DNA of 64,000 bases from Marsupella aquatica (Eukaryota; Plantae; Marchantiophyta), in the NCBI GenBank assembly GCA_973895155.1, contig OZ316891.1, positions 21,331,280 through 21,395,279 of the forward strand, written 5' to 3'. The position numbers and the translations under genes were made by a program. Position 1 is the first letter of the stretch. Every line of letters begins with the position of its first letter. The notes under the pieces are model-generated. The model did not search any database. It saw nothing but the letters and a program-made list of their open reading frames with translations, and had not been told where the DNA came from. Positions 38,401 to 49,506 of this stretch are shown here, piece by piece.

Positions 38401-39254
38401 AACATACATCCGTTCTCACAGACTAGGATTCTCTCATAGTCTAAACCCAATTTTCTCAATAATTGTTTTGCAGCATATAGGTTTTTAGGGAGAGTGTGCT
38501 CTGTTGGCATTCCATGCTCAGTCAATAAAGACAGCATGGCATTCACTCCCGTGTTTGAGAACCTATTGTTGTGACAGATGTTTAAAAACAACAACATGAA
38601 GGAAACTACATCTGTCTTACCGCCTGGAAATAAGGGTCTCATGGCTTCTTCTAAAGACCCTTGCAAAGGGATAGGATTCATAGGATGCCCTGCTGTAGGT
38701 GTCTCCTCATGACTGGTCTCAGCAGAGGGTGGATCTGCCTCATTCTCATCATTTTGAAACATTGAATCTATATCAAAAGGAGGATCATTGTCCACATATT
38801 TGTCAGACTCTTCAGAAGCTCTTGCCAATGTCTTTTGAAGTAAAACTCGTACTTGCTCTTCAACATCTATTGATGGTTGGCTTGAGTGGATTGCCTCTCG
38901 AGACATTCCTGCCCTCAGTGCCTCTGGACCAGAGTTATGGATGTAATTGGATCTCCACTCCTCATTAGAAGAGTCTTCACCCTCTCCTACCCACACTCGA
39001 CAGGCAAGGTAGCGGCCATATTTAAGAAGATGTTGTCGACTGGTCTTTCGAGTAGTCTTAACAATCCCTTTGCATTCCATGCAAGAGCAATACATTCTAT
39101 GATCAGCACTACCAGAGCAAGCTGTCTGTTCCCGAGCCCATAAGTTTTCATCACATCGTTGTATTCGACATGGATGGGAAAGAGGTAAACTTCTCAGGTT
39201 GTCTGCCTCTGTTGTATGTGTAGTGTTATGTGACCCAGCCTGGCTAGAAGCCAT
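35484..39254 (-). pseudogene. CACTA TnpD transposase (transposase-associated, Transposase_21, DUF4218 and DUF4216-type regions), disrupted
   Basis: Motifs MYCSCMECK, CENGCMLF, LRYFPIIPRL, RHPTDSKAW, RNVRMGLALDGVNPF, WTINDYPAYG, DPMHCEKN, GLKSHDFH, FPPSFFDVMTHL, RWMYPIQR and RPEASMAEGY. Frameshifts near 38020, 36965 and 36695; in-frame TAG stops at ~37657, 37435 and 35715. Confidence 0.92.
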
Positions 39255-40252
39255 GATTGCAGCGCTACCTAATCAAAAACACAGTTGCACATCTTTCTTC
39301 TGTGACATCTTGCAGAGCTCTAGACAACTCCAAAACCCTTCCATACCATCTTCTAGAGCGTCATGTGAAGCAAATGTGTGCACAAGTGAAGAATAGACTT
39401 ACATTTGAGGTACAGTACTCCAACTGAGGTAAAGGCAGCTCCCACTTTAGCCTTCATTGCCAATAGAATAGTACATGCATGCCAACAACAGGTAAACATA
39501 TTAGCAACTTGATCAGAAATTATTTACTTGGATACGTTACCTAATCTCATTTCATATTGTAAGTGGCAATGGGTATTTGAAGGAGACCTGAATTGTTAAA
39601 ATCAAAATGACAAAAGTTTACAAGACCAAATAAAGGCCTACCTCAACCAGATTTAAGGCAAGGGTGTGGCCAGTAGTCAGCAATCTTAGACCCTTCAAAA
39701 CAGTGAGTACAATAACAAACATTAATCATAATGTCCAACAATCCCCTCCTTCATTCTGTGACTTTTGAATTCATTTGTTGAAATGATCCTCTTCATCAAG
39801 GCAGTTGGTTTTGGGCAGGTACTAGAATAGATTCCAGATCACAACATTTCATCATCCCCACACAAACCAGGATACATATGGACAAGGGCCTGAAAGGGTT
39901 TCATGTAATGTACATAATTAAACATATAGTATTTTTGTGCAGTAGTAAGAATGCAATACACACTTAGTCTTCAAAATCATCAAAAATGAGAAAGTTCAGA
40001 GACCCGGGTTGAAGGAATTCTTAAGGCTGTGGGTTTAGAAAGGCAGTCTATACTACAAAACATGAGAGACATTAAGTGAAGTTTGCCTTCTTATGGCCAG
40101 ATCCCTCAACGGGGACAACAAAAATTTTAAGACCTTGGGTGGATTTTAGGTCTTGCTCAGGTCAGTGTGATGTTTCTTAGTTTTTTTGTTATGGATCTCC
40201 ATTCAGGCTCTTCACATGTTTGCCACTGACACTCTTAACAGTCATCATACAA

Positions 40253-40699
40253 TCAAAATTGATACTGGTCTTTGTCCACTAAGTGCTGCTCTACTCTAGG
40301 GCAAACAGTCTCAACCCCTGGTCCCAAGACTGGCTCATCATGGTGGAACATTATACAGGCACACCTCCTCTGCAGCCTACTGTGTCCATCCCGCCTATAT
40401 ATATCCCCTGGGCGCACTCGACATTTTGGGCAAAAATCCTCACAACTATGGATACAGACAGAGTAGCATATCTGCTCTGGTTGTACCACTCCATTATCAA
40501 CTGCCACAATACAAAAACCTATGGGCAAGGGTGGAGCATCTAGAGTAATGTGCCGACTGTACGTGTCTCTATGTACAGGCAAAAACTCCCATTGCACAGC
40601 AGAACTGGCAGGGACCAACCTCATTCCACTTAGCTTCAGGTGTAGCCTCTCAGCTCTGCCTTCAAGGTCAGCTCCCAAGCTGTTGCGTGTCCTTGGCAT
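40253..40699 (-). CDS. Cys/His-rich ORF of unknown function inside the CACTA element (148 aa from ATG 40699)
   Basis: Open frame preceded by an acceptor-like cacag. Cluster ICYSVCIHSCEDFCPKCR...GH...CACIMFHH. No family recognised. Confidence 0.45.
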   Translation of the reverse strand: MPRTRNSLGADLEGRAERLHLKLSGMRLVPASSAVQWEFLPVHRDTYSRHITLDAPPLPIGFCIVAVDNGVVQPEQICYSVCIHSCEDFCPKCRVRPGDIYRRDGHSRLQRRCACIMFHHDEPVLGPGVETVCPRVEQHLVDKDQYQF

Positions 40700-41110
40700 T
40701 ACTGTGACAAATACAAGAAGCAATAGTTTATCCAACCCAACACTTCAATGAATTTCACGCAACAATTTAACATTTAACTATTTCATACAATCAGATACTT
40801 GAGTCCATTTGAGTTTAGTCCATTAGACAGTGTAGTCTAGTTCATACAATCAGACAATTTAGCCCACTTCATACAATCAGACATTTTAGTCCATTTCATA
40901 CAATCATCCTACTTTAGTCCATTTCAGTTTAGTCCATTGAATCCAACTTGACACTTCACTCCATTTTCATCCAACCAAAAACTCAGGTGCTCCACTGTAC
41001 CCCTCTAGTTCATTTTGATGTCCAGTATACTTCCATAAGTCCTTAGCCCATTTTAAGTTCAGTATACTTTGTACTATGCAGTATTTTCTATACAACTTAA
41101 GGCTTATGAT

Positions 41111-41848
41111 CTATTTGAAATCATGAGGTGGCACATCAGAACCCTCTGGAATGACATGGCGATTGCAGTACACCATACGCCATGGACCAATATCCCATGT
41201 TTCTCTACCCTTCACCCCTCTCTTCAAGTGTTTGTCTGCCTCTGGTCCCTCATCCCTGCACCACGCACGAGGGCACCTACGACACTGGATAAATTCCCAC
41301 ATGCCATCCGCATACTCCTTACACACATCACAATAATGCCTTGGGCATATCAGAGCAGCGGAATGTGCATCTGAGTTCTCTGCGTACCCCATGAGAGGCA
41401 ACTCCCTGGCCCTCAGTATGGTCCGCAGACATCCCACATGATAAAAAGAAAAGCAGTCATCCTGTGCACACTGGACCACAAGGGGCTCATCTGTAGTGGG
41501 CTTTAGGGTTCGGCCAAGTAGTCCACAAGCAAAGCAACGACCTCGTTTCTGTTGACAGAGGTCACAGAGCCACTCCTTGGCCCAATCATGCCCTCTAGAA
41601 ATGGCAACGGGTGTGCACTCAGGCCCATGGCCATCAGGCTCCTCAGAATCCTGCCCATCAACTAAGTAATGGAAATGACGACTGCAAGGCCCATCGCAGA
41701 ACAAAACAGTACCTCCCTCATCACATTCAAAACAACAAGGGGGATCCATGCGGAGGTGCTCTTTATGGGCAAACTTTGGATCCAGCCAGGCATCAGCAGT
41801 CCGTGCCATGCCTGATGTCATGTGTGGATCTGCAGAATTACCTTCCAT
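41111..41848 (-). CDS. Stand-alone EDM2/NSD-type triple atypical PHD-finger protein carried by the CACTA element
   Basis: 245-aa uninterrupted ORF: CFECDEGGTVLFCDGPCSRHFH...C...WLCDLCQQKRGRCFAC...VVQCAQDDCFSFYHVGC...ICPRHYCDVC...FIQCRRCPRAW...RETWD...RMVYCNRH.I....P. It is collinear with the composite PHD region of plant EDM2 as I recall it. Confidence 0.82.
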   Translation of the reverse strand: MEGNSADPHMTSGMARTADAWLDPKFAHKEHLRMDPPCCFECDEGGTVLFCDGPCSRHFHYLVDGQDSEEPDGHGPECTPVAISRGHDWAKEWLCDLCQQKRGRCFACGLLGRTLKPTTDEPLVVQCAQDDCFSFYHVGCLRTILRARELPLMGYAENSDAHSAALICPRHYCDVCKEYADGMWEFIQCRRCPRAWCRDEGPEADKHLKRGVKGRETWDIGPWRMVYCNRHVIPEGSDVPPHDFK

Positions 41849-44749
41849 ATTACAAAGGTGTACTTACGTAAGAGATTTGAGTGCAAATGAGGAGATGTCC
41901 TGCCCACCTCAGTCTCACGGAGTACAAGTAATGTCCAAAATAACTTGGCTCTGGTTTATGTGTGCTCTGCACAGACAGCAAAATGTTAAACGCAATCAGT
42001 CAAGCAGACTTGGATAAAGTGTTCAGAGTGAAAGAGAAGTTTATTCAAAAAGGCAAGACTGAGAATATTCAAAGCAGGCTACAGTCTTATCTACTGCTCA
42101 GGACACAAAGGGTAGGTCTAATGCACGACGTCCCTTATCGCAGCTCCAATCCACTGATGCGGCTCACTGAATCCCAAACTCCAGCTGACGCTTTGCAAAG
42201 GGGAAGAAAAGCAAAGGGGAAGCAGCCGCAAACGCAATAAGCTAAGACAACAATCTCATAGGAGAGAAAACAGGATTGGGAGAGAGGCAGAGCAAACAAG
42301 ACTCTGTAAAAACTACTTGGTCCTTGGTGAACCTAGCATTACATGCTGCTCTACAGATTGGTACTGTCTTGAGGAGCTCAAACAATAATGCACAGCACTG
42401 TACTCAGAGCAGAGACAAGAACCAAACTTCCAAGAAGGGAAAAATGGCCAAGGCATGACAAGATGCAGCTCAGTTAATCGAACTAACAGCTTGCTTGTAC
42501 ATTAGTTGCTCTATCCTTCTGAACTCAACTGAAAAAAAACGCTTCCCGTCCCTGCCAGTGTGGAGCACAGCTCTACCTTAGTTGCAGCTCTGTCCTTCAC
42601 TAAAGCTGAAATCTGGTTGATAGCTGACTGTGCAATCCGGTTGATAGCTGCTGCTGGTACTCGCCAGACAGGCCCTTCACTGAAACTGAAAACAAAATTT
42701 GAGACCATCGGGTAGTGTAAGTGAAAATGAAAGCATTAAAAAGCAACTGAGTAGTCTCAGGGATTGAGGTGAGGTTTCAGTTTACTTTGGCGCAGAAAAA
42801 AGGAGTGTATGGTGGGCCTAGTCATGGGGTAAAAAATGTCGTTGCGTATGGCATTTAGAAAGCTAGAAAAACAGACAGAGGGGTCCAAAAGCATTCATGA
42901 GCTAAACGAGAGCTCTACACACAATAGTAGCAACAAATCAATCAAGAAGAACACATTACAACACACATAAGTAATTACAAGCAGTAGGATTTAGCATTGA
43001 CAAAATACCTGGTATTGACCACTCGCAGGACAATGTAGTCTCAACCACCAAGCAGGACTAAAATGAAGGCCGCAAAGAAGCAAACTATATGGCAAAAGGA
43101 GAAGCCTTACGGCCTCAGTCCAACTCCTCTGTAGCAAGCTTGCTTCCCTCCTGATGAGCACTACCCAAAACCAAGGTCGCCCTAAACCTCAATTGACCGA
43201 GAAAAATGCACATCCACCTTGATCACAGCTTCAATCCGCTGATGCAGATCACTACAACCCGAACTCCAACTGACACCTTGCGAAGGGGAAGAAAAGCAAA
43301 GTGGAAAAGTAGCTATACACACCAGCAACCGGATTCTCACTTTAAGCTGTAGGAACACTCACTGCTGCTATTGCTTCGCGCCCACCCGCTAGTTCGCCCA
43401 GGCCTGCAGCGCACCTCAGGAGTAGGAAGTCTTTTCAGAATTGCAGGTCCGGGCTTGAGCTCAAGTGTCAACAACAGTGGAAAGGGAGCGAGCGAGCAAC
43501 TCCCTTTAGGGCCCTAATGTGCAACTTGCGAAGCCTCGAGCTCAAGTGTCAACAACCGTGGAAAGGGAGCGAGCGAGCAACTCCCTTTAGGGCCCTAAAT
43601 AATGTGCAACTTGCGAAGCCCACCTCGCTGCTTCACAGAAGGTCCGAGCAATTAGCACTCCTCTTTGCTGGTCGCTGCTGCACTGATTGCTCACAGGTAG
43701 ACTTCCCTTTCACCACAGAAAATCCCACCAGAACTTCAATCAGCTAAGGAGCGATGGCGGCAGTAGGCAGCAGTAAGCAGTTCCCCCGAGAGTAAACAAG
43801 TTTGCGATCGATGGCAAACTTAGGAGGTCAGTCCTAGGGCAGCTTCCAATTGCCCACAATACAATGTGCGGCCCTCCTCCACCCTAAAATGTAGTCCCAA
43901 GTCTAAGCTGAAATCCACAGAGAAAACCCCAAGGGCCAACTAAACGCCCGATGCTGCTTGTGCGGATGTGTGTGCGACTACGCTGTGCCTCTTTTGGCCT
44001 TGAAAACCTCCACATTCGATATGCTCTTCCCGATGTTATTCGGGAAAATGGAATCCAATGAGCCAGGAGTGCTTGGGGAGGTTCCCGCCCGTGACAAAGA
44101 CCAGGGCCGGGGGATTGAGGGGATTACATGTGCTCAACGTGTGGACGGTGGAGATTGCATCCAAACGGGACTATGAACGGGAACAACTCAGACCATCCAG
44201 ATGAAGGGAGACTAGGGCCTTATTCCCCCAATTAAGGACTTAAGAAGGCGTTGTTAATAGGGGTGGGGAAAACTTTGCACCACCGAGTACTATTTTCTCA
44301 CCCCCAAAAGTGCACATATTACTAAGACGCCCTGTAGAGGAATTCAAATTCTGATAAGCCCCCTTCAATTGCAAAGCAATCCATCAGCCGTAAGCAGGAG
44401 GAATCATTATTTATATGTGTGCCTTAGTTAAAGTCGAGGTAGCGGCCTAAATAAAATTGTTTCGGAGGTAATTTAAAGAAGTTAGTAAGCTTAAAATAAT
44501 ACGAATTATAAACCGGCCCACTACAATAAATGGTAAAAATTGAGAACTTCAGCACATCTGGACTCTAATGGAATATTAATTTTCTTGTCTCATAATCAAT
44601 CACACACCTGACAGATCGACCACACCAGAACACGAGTCATTATGTATGGCAGACATGACTATCGCATTGACATCTCTAATGACTGTTTTGCATGTCATTT
44701 AGGGTTTTTGACGGCTATTGGCACTCCACAAATAACCACAACCTTTAAT

Positions 44750-47420
44750 TGCAACCCTAAACCCCACACCATGTGGGGCGGGTAGCATCCTTATTAGTGG
44801 CCCCTATCACCAGGCAAGATAGCCGATCAGCACCCTGAGGCTCCAAAGAGGCATATTGTCCATGGCATGCATGACTCCCGCATTGACATGAACAATGACT
44901 AGTTTCTAAGTCATTGGCATAAATGACATGTCAACGCACTACACAAATGACGACTGAGAAATTTCAGTCACCTAGGGAAAAAACTGAAAATTCCTTGGGA
45001 ATGACAAAACGGGAGGGAATTGGACCCCTTTGGAAAAATCATTCCAAAGTAGTAAAAGTTGGGAGTGTTTTTCCCGAGGTTTGGTGATGCCCTTGCTTGG
45101 TGTAAAACGTTGGCTACAAAAACCCTTTAGGAGACAAAGTGGCATGACTAGTGGCTCAGGGTTCATGAGTACCCTATCCCGCACCATGTGGAGTGGATAT
45201 CATCCTCAATGGCCGGCTACGATCACAAATATTGTCAATCAGCCCCCGATGGCCCGAACGAGTCATATTGTCCATGGCATGCATGACTACAACATTGACA
45301 TCATGAATGACGGATTTTTGTGTCATTAGCACCAATGACGTCTCCCGGAACTCCATAAATGACAAAAACCCTTAGTCACGTGCACAAATGACTCCAAATC
45401 CCTTGCAAATGACCAAATGGGGGTTATTTTCATCCCTTTGGGCAAATGAGTCCAAAGTCATACAACTTGGGACTTTTTTGCCCAAAGTTGGGTGATGCTC
45501 TTCCAAGGTGCAAAATGTGTGTTTTAAAAAGCTTTGTGGAGGCCAAGTGGTAAAACTAGTGGCCCAGGGTTGTCGAGTACCCTATCCCACACCATGTGGA
45601 GTGGGTAGCATCCCTAATGGTGGGCTACAATCATGGATATGGCCAGTCGACCCCCGGAGGCCCCAAAGAGTCATATTGTCCATGGCATGCATGACTGCAA
45701 CAGTGACATCATGAATGACCTATTTTTGTGTCATTTACATGAATGACGTCTCCCAGCACTCCCTAAATGACACAAACCCTTAGTCACGTGCACAAATGAC
45801 TCACAATAGTGGTTTGCACCCCTTTAAGCAAATGACTCCAAAGTCATACAACTTGGGAGTGTTTTGCCCAAAGTTGGGTGATGCCCTTCCAAGATGTAAA
45901 ATGTGTGCTTTAAAAAGTGTTGTGGAGGCCAAATGGCATAACTAGTGGCTCAGGGTGTACAAGTACCTCATCCCGCACCATGTGGAGTGGGTAGCATCCC
46001 TAATGGCCGGCTACCATAACGTATATTGCGAATAAGCCCCCAAAGGCCCCAAGGAGTCATATTGTCCATGGCATGCTTGACTGCCACATTGACATCATCA
46101 ATGACTCATATTTGTGTCATTTGCTTAAATGACACCCCTTGGCACTCCACAAATGACAAAAACCTTTAGTCACACGCACAAATGACTCAAGATCCCTTGC
46201 AAATGACCGAATTAGAACATTTGATTTGCACCCTTTTGGGCAAATGACTCCAAAGTCATACAACTTGGGAGTGTTTTGCCCAAATTTGGGTGATGCCCTT
46301 CCAAGATGTAAAATGTGTGCTTTAAAAAGTGTTGTGGAGGCCAAGTGGCATAACTAGTGGCTCAGGGTGTACAAGTACCCCATCCCGCACCATGTGGAGT
46401 GGGTAGCATCCCTAATGGCCGGCTACGATCACGTATATTGCGAATAAGCCCCCAAAGGCCCCAAGGAGTCATATTGTCCATGGCATGCTTGACTGCCACA
46501 TTGACATCATCAATGACTCATATTTGTGTCATTTGCTTAAATGACACCCCTTGGCACTCCACAAATGACAAAAACCTTTAGTCACACGCACAAATGACTC
46601 AAGATCCCTTGCAAATGACCAAATTAGAATGATTTGCACCCTTTTGGGCAAATGACTCCAAAGTCATACAACTTGGGAGTGTTTTTCCCAAAGTTGGGCC
46701 ATGCCCTTCCAAGGTGAAAAAGTTGGGTCATAAAAATTATTGCGAGGCCAAATTGAGATAACTAGTGGCCCAGAGTTTGGTGTACCCTACCCCGCACCAT
46801 GTGGAGTGGGTAGCATCCCTAATGGTGGGCTACAATCATGGATATGGCCAATCTACCCCCGGAGGCCCCAAAGAGTCATATTGTCCATGGCATGTATGAC
46901 TGCAATAGTGACATCATGAATGACATATTTTTGTGTCATTCGCATGAATGACGTCTCCCAGCACTCCCTAAATGACACAAACCCTTAGTCACATGCACAA
47001 ATGACTCTAGATCCCTTGCCAATGACTCACAATAGTGGTTTGCACCCCTTCAAGCAAATGACTCCAAAGTCATACAACTTGGGAGTGTTTTGCCCAAAGT
47101 TGGGTGATGCCCTTCCATGATGCAAAATGTGTATTTTAAAAAGTGTTGTGGAGGCCAAGTGGCATAACTAGTGGCCCAGGGTTGTCAAGTACCCTATCCC
47201 GCACCATGTGAAGTGGGTATCATCCTTAATGGCCGGCCCCTATCACCAATGGGGTCAATCAGCCACCAAAGGCTCTTAAGAGTCATATTCTGCATGGCAT
47301 ACATGACCACCACATTGACATCCCAAATGACATTTGCATAAATGACATCTAGCGGCACTTGTCAAATGACTAGAAAGTTGAGTGAGAGAAAAAATGATTG
47401 GGAATCCTTTGCAAATAACA
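44750..47420. repeat. Internal tandem array, ~410-bp unit x7
   Basis: Anchor [g/a]caccatgtg at 44766, 45181, 45589, 45975, 46387, 46794 and 47201 (spacings 415, 408, 386, 412, 407, 407). Each unit is rich in ATGAC/GTCAT. Confidence 0.95.
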
Positions 47421-48429
47421 TGAATAATATATTGAAAAAAATGACATGAGCAAATATAGGCATGTAGTACCTAAATTCTAAACCTTAAACCCTAGACCTA
47501 TGCCCGAGAGTGTTATTTGGCAACCTTGCATGCCCCCATATATACTCAAACATGTGAAATGTGAATACAGCTTAAGGAATGTAAACACTTCAGGAGTCCT
47601 TGGCATATATAGGAAAGATGTAATGAATGGGTGCAAGTATATATTTAAATGTACATACTTATTAGAGATTATGAAGCCTTTAAGTTGTACATCAATTTAA
47701 TGATGAGACTCACAACAAAAGAAGGCTTGTTAGGTCTCTAAATGTATTTCAAATCTAATATGTGAGTGCCACTAGTCTTTATATATACTACCATACATTT
47801 TGGATGACTAATCATACCCTAAACCCTAAAACATATACTAAACCATAAACCTCAAAATAGTCATATGTTGTTTATCATGTCATTTATCACTTTTGGTTTA
47901 AATGACTACTAACATTTTTAAACACTGATATTTGCATATTTGATTTATTAGTCATTAGTCACCGTCGTCTGAAATGACTTCCCATATGTGAAACACTGAT
48001 ATGACAGAGTTTTTGTTAATTGTGTCATTCACAAAGACTGTCCAAAATGACTACAACTCATGATTGTTGTCATTATAGCAGTCAAAGTCATTTGACTCAT
48101 TGGTTTAAATGACACTATTGCAAGTATTAGTCATTTTTTCCACCCTGTCATTTTGGACAGTCATTTCAATGTCATTTATGTTATGTCATTTACATATTTT
48201 GTCATTTGAGCACATAAGTCATATGTGTCATAGTCATAAAAGGCCCCATTTTCTACTAGTGTGCTGCCCCCAAGTTCTTGTAAAGCCACCATTAGTAGAC
48301 TCTCCCTATGCACCCCAATGGTGACAATCATATATTCATTGTAAGGAAGATATCAAGGTGAGCCCCCACTCTTCCAACACGGATGGAGAGAGCATGAAAA
48401 CCAGCTTCAAGAGGGAGCTAGAGAGTATT

Positions 48430-48624
48430 AAATCAGGGTCACAAAGTGGGCAACCAGGGGCTGAGGAGATAATCAGAATTTCATCCACTACCCACAAATC
48501 TCATCCCACCCACGCACATACGTATACCTTCCACACACTGTGACTGTGTGGAGGGGGGATTGAACCTGGGACCTCTCACTTCAAGGCTAACTCCCCCCTA
48601 GCCAACACCTACGCCAGTTGGTTC
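48430..48624 (-). mobile_element. tRNA-derived SINE, copy 2 (3' boundary uncertain)
   Basis: Minus strand reads gaaccaactggcgtaggtgttggc...gaggtcccaggttcaatcccccctccaca...tcagcccctgg. This matches the head of the 22558 copy and has a canonical B box, GTTCAATCC. Confidence 0.7.
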
Positions 48625-49506
48625 ATTCACCCATATCTCAATGAAGCTCAGGCCAGGGCCTTGCCTAGCTCAAACATGATGTCTGTTGTTGCATGTTGGT
48701 AAATGTACCAGAAAATTCCGCTTGGCTAACCTTGTCAGGTCACTTTTTGGCTCAGCAGCCCCGGTGAAGCATCTTGGCTGCCTGCTGATCGACTAGGAAG
48801 GTTCCACACGTAATCGAATAATTGGGTGAATAATGGGAGCCACTCATACCATATAAGGCTACCAGTACGTGATGGGGTTGGGTTTTGGGGTTGCAATACT
48901 CCCATCCCCAGTGCGACGCCAGAAACAATACTTCTCTTGTTTTGCTGGAAGAGTCCCGATACCTGCATATAAAAATGTGACAATATATGGTGACTGTACT
49001 ATGTCACTATATAACATGATAAACTAAACATTTTTTTCTTAAAATCACTAAGTGTTATTCTAAATACATATCTGGCTGCCAGTTTTTGATGCGATATTAC
49101 CAGGACTCTTGCTGGAAAACCTACGGTGAGACCTCTATAAGTGCAATCTTCAGTGAAATCTAAGCATAGTCCAAGAGTAAGTTGCAGCTTCCCTCAATAT
49201 GTGATTAGTGCGATAATCTTTTTTATATAGACAATTTGCTTTTGAATAAGACAGACCCATAAGTCCAATTGCTTGAGTGCAAAATTCACAAATGCTGCAC
49301 TTATTAGTCAGTGCAATATTGCTTAGAAATTGTTACATAATTCAGTATTGGTGAAACCATTTTTGAACCATCCTTGTCTGTATAATTGAACTTATTCAAA
49401 GTTGCAAGAATTGGGCTTACAAAGCATTTTATTTTAATTATCACTCAATTGCACTTCTCTGAGGTCCCACTGTATATTTCTCTGAATGCAGAATTCTATG
49501 CTCCTA

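Larger units (their letters stand above)
31524..48261 (-). mobile_element. Full-length CACTA (EnSpm) DNA transposon, 16.7 kb, non-autonomous through TnpD decay
   Basis: Left end CACTAGTGGAAAAT at 31524; right end reverse-complements to CACTAGTAGAAAAT, ending at 48261. TGCT flanks both ends. Dense GTCAT/ATGAC subterminal motifs at 31540-32125 and 47800-48240. TnpD-like and TnpA-like coding regions lie inside. Confidence 0.95.

Noticed and set aside
12487-41848. Functional clustering of a polyadenylation factor (RBBP6/Mpe1-like), DCN1 and the EDM2-like ORF
   Set aside because: The EDM2-like ORF arrived inside a mobile element; nothing in the sequence supports more than chance adjacency.
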